Shown one piece after another: positions 15,704 to 23,372 of a stretch of DNA of 64,000 bases (position 1 is the first letter of the stretch; every line of letters begins with the position of its first letter). The stretch is from IMG/VR virus record IMGVR_UViG_3300045450_000145, positions 96,001 to 160,000 of that record; one strand, given 5' to 3'. The notes under the pieces were generated by a model, which saw only the letters and a program-made list of their open reading frames with translations, had not been told where the DNA came from and made no database searches. A program made the translations under genes and the position numbers. The DNA comes from a virus.

Positions 15704-18376
15704 ATGACAGTAAAAAACTACGTGGGTGCATACCACGATCATAGCACAGATGCGATCATGGTTTGGGAGCGTGATGAAAATGGCCGTACAGTCAAAGCTT
15801 ACCACGCCCCTCGCTATTTCTATGTGCAGGACGAAAATGGACCATACACGTCCATCTATAAAGACAAACTCAAAAAGATCGTCTGTGAAGACAAAGCTGA
15901 GTTTGACAACGAACTAAGAAAGTATTCTAAGAAGTTCGAGAGTGACATCCCACCACTCTTCAAGGTGTTAATGGACGAGTATTATGATCGACCGACACCT
16001 CTTGTCCATTATGCCTTTTTGGATATTGAAGTCGACTACAAATCTAAGCTTGGCTTCTCTTCTCCTGAAAACCCATACGCCCCAATCAATGCAGTAACGA
16101 TTTACCAATCGTGGACTAACAAGTACCTGACGTATGCGGTGCCTCCTCCAGACTGGAATGAAGATGGCTTTGACGATCTAATTGCAAAGCTGTGGAAAGA
16201 GCACGAGCTTGGCTTTGAGCAGAATATTGTCATTTGCAAAAACGAAGTTGAGCTACTGAAACACCTCGTCAATGACATTCAGGATGCAGATGTTATCTCT
16301 GGTTGGAACTCCGAGTTCTTTGACTTGCCATACATTATCAAGCGGCTTGAGCGCGTATCACCAAAGCTCATTGACAAGATGTGCTTCAGAGGTTGTAAGC
16401 CACCAAAAATTGGTGAAGTTGAGCGCTTCGGCGCAAAGCGCATTATCTACTCATTAAATGGACGAACTCACCTCGACTACTTAGATTTATTCAAAAAGTT
16501 TACCTTTGAAGGTCGCACCTCATACTCCCTCGGCAATATTGCCGCCGATGAGCTCGACATCCCGAAGCTAGATTATGAAGGTACTTTAGAGCAGTTATAT
16601 CACCGCGACTTTGCCCACTTCATCGCCTACAACGCCCGAGACGTTGAAGTACTAGTTAAGCTAGATAAGAAGTTCAACTTCATCGCTCTAGTTAATCAGA
16701 TGGCTCATGAAAACACATGCCTATTCCAGAACATGATGGGCACTGTGCGATATGTTGAAACTGGAATTACTAATCGTGCACACTACGTTCACAAACTAAT
16801 CGTTGCAGACAAGAAAATTCTAACTGATGGCGAAAAGGTTGAAGGCGCTTTAGTACTATCACCGCTGGTAGGACTACACGACTGGCTAGGCTCTGTCGAT
16901 ATTAACTCGCTGTATCCATCAGTTATTCGAGCCCTCAATATCTCGCCAGAAAAGTACATCGGCCAGTTTGCTGAAGGTGAAGAGGCATGGGAAGGCGTCA
17001 TGGATAAGAGTGATAAGCTCTTCATCTTGAGAAATGACCAGCGCGAAACCTTTGAAATGTCAGGTAAAGAGTGGCATGAAACTCTACTTGAAAATAAGTG
17101 GGTCATCACTCCTTTTGGAACTATCTTCGATGAAGGCACGGGCCTCGGCATTGTACCAGAAGCTATTCAGTTCTGGTATCAGGAACGTAAGCGTCTACAA
17201 GCCGAGAAGAAGAAATATCAGCAACTTGTAAAAGCAACAAATGATCCAGCCGAAAAGAAGAGACTTGAAGTTCTTGTCGAGCATTACGATCTGCTGCAGC
17301 TTACCAAGAAGATTCAGCTGAATTCAACTTACGGTGCATTGCTTTCACCACACTTCCGTCTTGGTCGTAAGGAGATGGGCGCATCAGTTACTGCATGTGG
17401 TCGTAAAATTACCACGTTCATGATCGAGCAGATTGGGGAGCTTGTGACTGGTAACAAAACCACAGTCACTAAGCATGTCGAGGTCGATAAGGATGGAAGC
17501 GTAAGCAACGTATACACCTCAGACTCACCGGTCATCTTGCTATCAGACACCGACTCATGTTACTTTAAAACTAATGCTACGAACAAGGAAGACGCAATCG
17601 CTATTGCAGACACTGTAGCTGAAGAAGTAAATGCTATGTTCCCGGCATTCATGCGTAAGTCATTCAACTGTCAGCCAGAATATGATGACCTTATTAAAGC
17701 CGGTCGAGAAATTGTAGGTTCACGTGGCATCTTCTTGAATGCAAAGAAGAAGTACACAATCAAAGTGGTTAACTTGGATGGCTTTGATTTAAATCCACCT
17801 AAGCTGAAAACTGTCGGTTCTGAAATGAAGAAGGCTGACACGCCAAAGGTTATTCAGGACTTCCTGAAGGACATGATGGACATGATTTTAGATGGTGGCA
17901 GTTACGAAGACGTCGAATCATTCATTAACAGCCAGCGTGGTGAACTAGTTAGAAAGGTTAAAAATCCTATCTCGCTCGGTGTATCTAAGCAAATTAACAA
18001 CTTGGATGCAAAGTACATTGAATGGGCCAGGGTTGAGCGTGATAGCAAGGGCAAAGTTAACTTACCAGGTCATGTTCGTGCTGGCATCAACTACAACGAG
18101 CTCGTGAGTGAACTAGACGAGGGCGCTACTAAGTTGAAGTCTGGCGACAAGGGCATTATCTTCTACCTGCAACCAAATAACTATGGATTTAAATCTATTG
18201 CTTTCCCTGCAGACACTCCTCGCTTCCCACCATGGTTCAATGAGCACTTTAAAATCGACAAGAAGCTTACTGAGCAGAAGATGATCGACTCTAAACTATC
18301 ACGCGTCTTTGAAGCTTTACAGTGGGAAATCCCAACCCCACAGAAATCCTTTGCTAACAAGCTGCTTGAGTTCTAA
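15704..18376 (+). CDS. gp43: Family B DNA polymerase (T4 gp43-like)
   Basis: Exo motifs LDIEV, GWNSEFFDLPY, YNARDV; Pol motifs DINSLYPS, KIQLNSTYG, SDTDS, KKKY. Confidence 0.97.
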   Translation: MTVKNYVGAYHDHSTDAIMVWERDENGRTVKAYHAPRYFYVQDENGPYTSIYKDKLKKIVCEDKAEFDNELRKYSKKFESDIPPLFKVLMDEYYDRPTPLVHYAFLDIEVDYKSKLGFSSPENPYAPINAVTIYQSWTNKYLTYAVPPPDWNEDGFDDLIAKLWKEHELGFEQNIVICKNEVELLKHLVNDIQDADVISGWNSEFFDLPYIIKRLERVSPKLIDKMCFRGCKPPKIGEVERFGAKRIIYSLNGRTHLDYLDLFKKFTFEGRTSYSLGNIAADELDIPKLDYEGTLEQLYHRDFAHFIAYNARDVEVLVKLDKKFNFIALVNQMAHENTCLFQNMMGTVRYVETGITNRAHYVHKLIVADKKILTDGEKVEGALVLSPLVGLHDWLGSVDINSLYPSVIRALNISPEKYIGQFAEGEEAWEGVMDKSDKLFILRNDQRETFEMSGKEWHETLLENKWVITPFGTIFDEGTGLGIVPEAIQFWYQERKRLQAEKKKYQQLVKATNDPAEKKRLEVLVEHYDLLQLTKKIQLNSTYGALLSPHFRLGRKEMGASVTACGRKITTFMIEQIGELVTGNKTTVTKHVEVDKDGSVSNVYTSDSPVILLSDTDSCYFKTNATNKEDAIAIADTVAEEVNAMFPAFMRKSFNCQPEYDDLIKAGREIVGSRGIFLNAKKKYTIKVVNLDGFDLNPPKLKTVGSEMKKADTPKVIQDFLKDMMDMILDGGSYEDVESFINSQRGELVRKVKNPISLGVSKQINNLDAKYIEWARVERDSKGKVNLPGHVRAGINYNELVSELDEGATKLKSGDKGIIFYLQPNNYGFKSIAFPADTPRFPPWFNEHFKIDKKLTEQKMIDSKLSRVFEALQWEIPTPQKSFANKLLEF

Positions 18377-18423
18377 TCATGGTAGGGACAATTGTCTCTA
18401 CCAACTTTATGTTACAATTATTT

Positions 18424-19143
18424 ATGAAAAACGAAATTACCCAAATTGAACATCTCCGTACCATTCTCGCTGCGTGTAAAGTCGTCGGCGTCGATGGTGT
18501 TGTCCTAAGCGAAGGCATGGCACGTGGTGCAAAGGCTTCAAAAGATGCTGCGATCATCAGTCGTAGCTTAGTCGACATTCCAACTAATGTTAAGCTTGGC
18601 ATCGGTCGAGTTGCAGAACTTGAGAAGCGTCTCTCCATCTTTGGTGATACTGCCACTATCGAGTACAAAACAAACGATAATGACGATATTACAGTGCTAA
18701 ATATCATTTCGGGTAAAACTAAAATGATGTTTAGGTGTACGTCAGCCGGACTTATGAAGTACCCGAAGGCCAACAATGACCCAGCATATGCACAAGTAAA
18801 GCTGAATAGGGCTGAAGCTGCACTTCTCACTAAGTCAATTAAAACTCTATCTGCAGAGTTGGTGGTATTGCACTCCAACAAAAGCGGATTAGTTCGTATC
18901 GAGGGTAAGGATAGCACCAACGACAAGTTCGAAATCGAGCTTGCCTCACAAGCAATTTTTGTCGATGAAGAAGATAGCTTCGTGCAATCTTACCTCGCGC
19001 CTCTCTTCTGCGATGCAATTGACGCCTGCGCACGTGACAACGAAAGTATTGATTTAACTATTGGTGAAAGCGGTTCCATTACCATCAAGGTGAAGGGTCA
19101 TGACATGGTCATCATTCCACAAATTGGCGAAGACGAAGATTAA
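18424..19143 (+). CDS. gp45: Sliding clamp (gp45/PCNA-like)
   Basis: About 240 aa, two-domain beta/alpha pattern, directly after the polymerase; start set after extended -10 TGtTACAAT (18410-18418). Confidence 0.65.
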   Translation: MKNEITQIEHLRTILAACKVVGVDGVVLSEGMARGAKASKDAAIISRSLVDIPTNVKLGIGRVAELEKRLSIFGDTATIEYKTNDNDDITVLNIISGKTKMMFRCTSAGLMKYPKANNDPAYAQVKLNRAEAALLTKSIKTLSAELVVLHSNKSGLVRIEGKDSTNDKFEIELASQAIFVDEEDSFVQSYLAPLFCDAIDACARDNESIDLTIGESGSITIKVKGHDMVIIPQIGEDED

Positions 19144-19153
19144 AGGACACAAA

Positions 19154-19513
19154 ATGGAAGACTATGAAAAGCAACGCGCTGACTATGTCAGCAAATTAGA
19201 AAGAGAAAATGAAGCCCTTCGTGGCCAAGTGAATTACTACAGAAGCGTTGAAAAGTGGGTGCCGGAATTGTCTGCAGTGCAGGACATTAAAACCCAAACC
19301 ATGCGCATCACTCTTGCAGTTGGCGGTAAAAACACAACTGCACAGGTGCCATTAACCACGGTGGTAGAAGCAGATACTACCTCGATTACATCTGCAGTGG
19401 TAGATGCAATGTATAAGAACTCTCTCTTTGACAGCTTCTCTAATTTAATTGAGCCTGAAGTTGCAAAGCTCAAGAAGAACATTCAAGCCACTGCTGGAGC
19501 CGGTAAATGGTAA
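19154..19513 (+). CDS. Hypothetical protein with N-terminal coiled coil
   Basis: AAGGA RBS before ATG 19154. Confidence 0.7.
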   Translation: MEDYEKQRADYVSKLERENEALRGQVNYYRSVEKWVPELSAVQDIKTQTMRITLAVGGKNTTAQVPLTTVVEADTTSITSAVVDAMYKNSLFDSFSNLIEPEVAKLKKNIQATAGAGKW

Positions 19514-19815
19514 AGTGGTTTTCACAGAAGCTCCTTAACTGGAGCAACAAGAACTCGAAGGAGCCATGGGCTTCTTTTGAGGTAAATGGCTTTGAGCCTG
19601 ATGGTAGAATTAAAGTAAACTTTAACTGGAACGATGAATTCATTAAAAAGATTCACGCAATGGGCTTTCAGGCAGAAACTGAAGATGATTCGGTACAGCT
19701 CTTCTTCTATGCATCTTCAATGAGACCGACTGCACTTGACTCGGTGGATATAGATGAAGCTGTCAGCGCAGAGCACCCCAACTTAGCAAGTGACACTAAC
19801 ATTTTAAAGCAATGA
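19507..19815 (+). CDS. Hypothetical protein (102 aa)
   Basis: KEPW...FNWNDEFI...GF pattern; coupled ORF. Confidence 0.7.
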   Translation: MVKWFSQKLLNWSNKNSKEPWASFEVNGFEPDGRIKVNFNWNDEFIKKIHAMGFQAETEDDSVQLFFYASSMRPTALDSVDIDEAVSAEHPNLASDTNILKQ

Positions 19816-20141
19816 AGCATGACAAGGGCGCAGAGCTATGTGTTAATGACTATACTGTCATCTATCGTGAAATCATGAAGATTACTAGAACTCACCCACT
19901 AAATGAAATTTTGTATGGTGATGGCCCTGAAGATGAAGCCATGTTTAATCTTAATAAAAAGTTAAACGAAGTTATTACTCAAGATGTAAATCTACAGGAG
20001 GCTTCTGGCTGGTTAAGATATACTGGCAAGTATGAAGATCGTCTACCGTGCTTCAAGGATAAAGTCAAGCTTATTAAGGAGCGGGTAATTAGTGAGCAGG
20101 GTGAAGATAAAGTTTATGACTATTTGCTAGGATTAATTTGA
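19812..20141 (+). CDS. Unknown helical protein, paralog 1 of 3
   Basis: LN-x-x-L...WLRYTGKYED-x-L-x-CF...GEDKV...LLGLI. Confidence 0.75.
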   Translation: MKHDKGAELCVNDYTVIYREIMKITRTHPLNEILYGDGPEDEAMFNLNKKLNEVITQDVNLQEASGWLRYTGKYEDRLPCFKDKVKLIKERVISEQGEDKVYDYLLGLI

Positions 20142-20455
20142 TGGATCGTGTTGAGCGGTATCATAAAATTCAAGAGATGCATTGCATTATCTGTAATACA
20201 TTAGAAGTAAGGTCCATGATGAATGGCGAGCTAGATCATGTGCAAGCTAAAAACATAGATGAATTAAATTTAGTGTTGCAAAATGCAATTAATAATGACA
20301 GCAACCACATCTTAGATATGATGTGGTTGCGCCTCACTGGCAAATTTAAAGATATTCTTTCATGTTATAATGAGAAGTTAGACTTAGTGTATTGTAAAAT
20401 GGTCTCGCTCGAAGGTGTAGACAAAGCAAAAGCACTATTGATTGGAATGATATGA
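20138..20455 (+). CDS. Unknown helical protein, paralog 2 of 3
   Basis: WLRLTGKFKD-x-L-x-CY...GVDKA...LIGMI. Confidence 0.75.
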   Translation: MMDRVERYHKIQEMHCIICNTLEVRSMMNGELDHVQAKNIDELNLVLQNAINNDSNHILDMMWLRLTGKFKDILSCYNEKLDLVYCKMVSLEGVDKAKALLIGMI

Positions 20456-20772
20456 ATAATACACAAGACAAAATAACTGTTGCAATGGATATTGCAACAG
20501 AAGTTGATAATATTACAGGGTCTGATTTAATTGATTGGGTATTCCATAACACTCCACTATCTCAAGAAGCTGCTTATAATTTAAATGATAAGCTGAAGAA
20601 AGTTATTAATGAATCCTCTGGCAGATTTGAGGATGTTACATGGCTCAGGGCGTGCTTTAGGTACCGTGATGCCATTTCATGTTATAATGACGTAGTACGT
20701 ATTGCTTACGATAAAATTGCAGCTGTAGATGGCGATGATAAGGCGAAGCAGCTATTAAAGGGATTACTATGA
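20452..20772 (+). CDS. Unknown helical protein, paralog 3 of 3
   Basis: WLRACFRYRD-x-I-x-CY...GDDKA...LKGLL. Confidence 0.75.
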   Translation: MNNTQDKITVAMDIATEVDNITGSDLIDWVFHNTPLSQEAAYNLNDKLKKVINESSGRFEDVTWLRACFRYRDAISCYNDVVRIAYDKIAAVDGDDKAKQLLKGLL

Positions 20773-21797
20773 AGAAACGTCGGATGGTTGTTGACACGGC
20801 AAACTTGCTATTCAGGGTTGCATCAGCTCATGGAAAGTACAACGCTGGTCAAGGCAGTGCAGAAGATCAGGCCGGATTGGCGATGCACATCGCACTCAAC
20901 ACGCTCAAGAGTCATTACAACAAAGTCAAGCCAGACCAAATTGCTTTAACTTTTGAAGGCAGCAAAAATTGGCGGAAAGAATATACTCGATCCGAAGAAT
21001 GCGTATCTAAGCGCATCTACAAAGCAAATCGAGTCAAAGATGACTCTATGATTCCGTTCTTTGAACTCATTAAGGCATTTGAGCAGCTTGCTCGAGAACA
21101 CACTTCACTTGTTTGTTTGGGCAATCCTATCTGCGAAGGCGACGATCTGTTCGGCGCGTACATTGAAAAGTACTGTGGTGAAGGCGACGACGTGCTAGGC
21201 TTGTCTGGTGACAAGGACTTTGTGCAGTTCGTAAAGCGCTTCCCCAACTTCACTCTCCTAAATCCTGATAAGGCAGGTGCGTCACGACACCTTGACAAGA
21301 AGGGCAATGAGATTGATGGCGAGTACTTCATGTTTGAGAAGGCATTTAGGGGAGACGTCGGGGACAACGTCATGCCTGCATATCCACGTGTTCGATCTAC
21401 TCGCCTAGCTAAAGCGTATAATGACCCATACGAACTCACCAATATCATGAACGAAACCTGGACCTTTGATGAGCCAGAAACTGGCAATGAACGCGTATTC
21501 CGGGTTGGTGACCTGTTTGAAGAGAACATGCTCTTGATGAGTCTGATGCACCAGCCAGAACATGTACGTCAAGAGATGTTCAGAACCCTTGATCATGAGG
21601 TGCAGAATCACGGCCAATTTAATTTTTTCGCATTTATGAAATTTTGTGGTAAGTACAAGCTGAATAAGATCGCTGAAGATGCAACATCGTTCGTTGAGAT
21701 GTTTAGCTGTACTGGGCAAAATACTGAATTTAAGGAAGAAGTAAAGGCAAATATTGCAGAGAAGAAGGCAAAGAAGGCATCATCTCTGGTGTTCTAA
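20769..21797 (+). CDS. rnh: T4-like RNase H / 5'-3' flap exonuclease
   Basis: VVDTANL, YKANR, EGDD, SGDKDF, GDVGDNV motifs. Confidence 0.92.
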   Translation: MKKRRMVVDTANLLFRVASAHGKYNAGQGSAEDQAGLAMHIALNTLKSHYNKVKPDQIALTFEGSKNWRKEYTRSEECVSKRIYKANRVKDDSMIPFFELIKAFEQLAREHTSLVCLGNPICEGDDLFGAYIEKYCGEGDDVLGLSGDKDFVQFVKRFPNFTLLNPDKAGASRHLDKKGNEIDGEYFMFEKAFRGDVGDNVMPAYPRVRSTRLAKAYNDPYELTNIMNETWTFDEPETGNERVFRVGDLFEENMLLMSLMHQPEHVRQEMFRTLDHEVQNHGQFNFFAFMKFCGKYKLNKIAEDATSFVEMFSCTGQNTEFKEEVKANIAEKKAKKASSLVF

Positions 21798-21821
21798 GAT
21801 AGAAAATATGTTATAATGAAT

Positions 21822-21935
21822 CTTAACTTATGAAAAGCACTGCTTTCTGGAATTGCCAAAGTGACTTCGGTAGTTGTTTGTTGATATCGTTGAACGACAT
21901 CCAGAAAGTTAGGCAACTAAACTATGTAAGTTAAG
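21822..21935 (+). ncRNA. Candidate structured non-coding RNA / structured leader
   Basis: Starts just after TGtTATAAT (21809-21817); perfect 9-bp helices 21822-21830/21927-21935 and 21843-21851/21900-21908; extra TTGCC/GGCAA pairing. Confidence 0.5.
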
Positions 21936-22026
21936 TTGTATTACCGGTTCCTATATTGGGGTGCGTTTAAAGTTGCTATCGCGCAATTGTAATAATTACC
22001 GGTTTTACTCATAATATGAGGTGCAA

Positions 22027-22200
22027 ATGCTGTCATTGTTTTTCACAATCATTTACTTCTTCGCATACGGCGTATTAGCATTTGTTATCCATTGCAAAAT
22101 CATGGATACACTGGATAATGGGCAATTTGCCGAACCAGTTGTATTGAGTTGGCTCTATATTCTAGTGCTATGCATTTTGGCTATGCCTATTATTAGATAA
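22027..22200 (+). CDS. Small two-TM membrane protein (57 aa; not in ORF track)
   Basis: MLSLFFTIIYFFAYGVLAFVIHC...LCILAMPIIR; GAGGTG RBS. Confidence 0.7.
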   Translation: MLSLFFTIIYFFAYGVLAFVIHCKIMDTLDNGQFAEPVVLSWLYILVLCILAMPIIR

Positions 22201-22234
22201 AATAATAAGGTTGAAATAAAGCCTGTTTTTCTCC

Positions 22235-22242
22235 TATAAATA
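22235..22242 (+). promoter_or_regulatory. T4-type late promoter TATAAATA
   Basis: Exact T4 late consensus upstream of a structured leader and ATG 22331. Confidence 0.75.
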
Positions 22243-22330
22243 ATTGTGATTGAGAATCTTACTCACCACAACGGGTTGCATGATTTTGCATAAAACGTTT
22301 ACGTTTTCCCAGCCACTTAGGAGATAAACA

Positions 22331-22786
22331 ATGGCAACAGCAGCTCTACCAGGCCCAAAGGGGCAATTCGCTAAGATTGAAAAGCAAGAAACAAATCTAA
22401 ATCACGTTTTCCTAATTGATTGGAAAGACGACGGCATGCTCCGCGAAATCGCGGTTGTCTTAGAGGCACCAGACGGTACCATTTATGGCATTCAAGTTGA
22501 TCGCCTTCACCCAATTGACAAGCAGCGCCTCAAGAAGTTTATTACTTCTGTTCACGCTGACAAGTACCCACTATGGGAACTACTCTCACAGGGCAAGCTA
22601 AACAACGGCGTCAACCCACTTGACTTCTTCCACATGAACTACGTTGAGAAGAAGGCTCCACGTGGTGCTGTGCTTGGGGGAGGTTTAGCTGATGTCGCCG
22701 TATATCAAGATAACGGCGTTCAGATCGGTTCTGAGTTCTCAGACCCTCGCGGCGCTCAAATCGCACAAGAAAAGCCGCCAATCTAA
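22331..22786 (+). CDS. Late hypothetical protein (151 aa)
   Basis: Strong RBS TTAGGAG; biased codon usage; late promoter. Confidence 0.85.
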   Translation: MATAALPGPKGQFAKIEKQETNLNHVFLIDWKDDGMLREIAVVLEAPDGTIYGIQVDRLHPIDKQRLKKFITSVHADKYPLWELLSQGKLNNGVNPLDFFHMNYVEKKAPRGAVLGGGLADVAVYQDNGVQIGSEFSDPRGAQIAQEKPPI

Positions 22787-22810
22787 ATTAGCTTTTTAAG
22801 TTAATGTGTT

Positions 22811-22842
22811 ATAATGGGCTCTCTATGGGCCCATTATTTTTT
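22811..22842 (+). terminator. Rho-independent terminator overlapping an extended -10 box
   Basis: ATAATGGGC-tctctatgg-GCCCATTAT-TTTTT; TGtTATAAT at 22807-22815. Confidence 0.75.
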
Positions 22843-22856
22843 CCCGAGGCAAATAA

Positions 22857-23276
22857 ATGACAAGTAACATTCATCACCCAAACGTACAATTTGCAAACAG
22901 CGGAGTCGTTATTGACTCTAGGTTGGAGCATGGAGATGATGAGCTCAAGATTTGGATTTTGGCTCGGAAAGACTTAAATCTATCCACCGGCAAGTGGATG
23001 GCTCAAGCCGCTCATGCTGCTGGTTTACTTATGAATCAAGCCGGGGATATTAATGAATACATTGTCCATGGTCAAGCCAAAATTGTTGTCGGCGTGAATA
23101 ATAAAGCCCAGCTGGATGACATTATAGATGAGGTATTTAAGATGGGAATCAATGCGTGTCTTGTAAAGGATTCAGCTCGAACTGAGCTAGATATTTCAAC
23201 ATACACTTGTGGTGCAATTGGGCCATGTAGAAAGAGCCAACTACCTAAGTCAGTCACCACACTGCGCTTATTTTAA
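22857..23276 (+). CDS. pth2: Peptidyl-tRNA hydrolase, Pth2 (archaeal/eukaryotic type)
   Basis: RKDLNLSTGKWMAQAAHA, QAKIVVGV, VKDSARTE, TCGAIGP. Confidence 0.92.
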   Translation: MTSNIHHPNVQFANSGVVIDSRLEHGDDELKIWILARKDLNLSTGKWMAQAAHAAGLLMNQAGDINEYIVHGQAKIVVGVNNKAQLDDIIDEVFKMGINACLVKDSARTELDISTYTCGAIGPCRKSQLPKSVTTLRLF

Positions 23277-23297
23277 TAGCATTAGATAGCAAATAAG
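23272..23297 (+). repeat. 26-nt dispersed intergenic repeat, copy 2
   Basis: TTTAATAGCATTAGATAGCAAATAAG; one mismatch to 6412-6437. Confidence 0.85.
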
Positions 23298-23319
23298 AAA
23301 TATTCATAACCATATTTTG

Positions 23320-23348
23320 TTTACAAAAGGTTCGAATGTGTTTATAAT
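23320..23348 (+). promoter_or_regulatory. Early promoter TTTACA-N17-TATAAT
   Basis: T4 early-like GTTTACA -35 and TATAAT 23343-23348. Confidence 0.75.
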
Positions 23349-23372
23349 TTAAAATTAAGAAGGATTAATACA

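Noticed and set aside
15704-18376. Intein or intron in the DNA polymerase (also checked in the helicase)
   Set aside because: Lengths match intein-free homologs (890 and 458 aa), motifs are contiguous, and no C...HN splice signature was seen.
21830-21870. Twister-ribozyme-like CACU/AGUG stem in the candidate RNA
   Set aside because: The L1 UAA cleavage context, the P4 stem and the two pseudoknot pairings cannot be placed; no hammerhead or HDV core was seen either.
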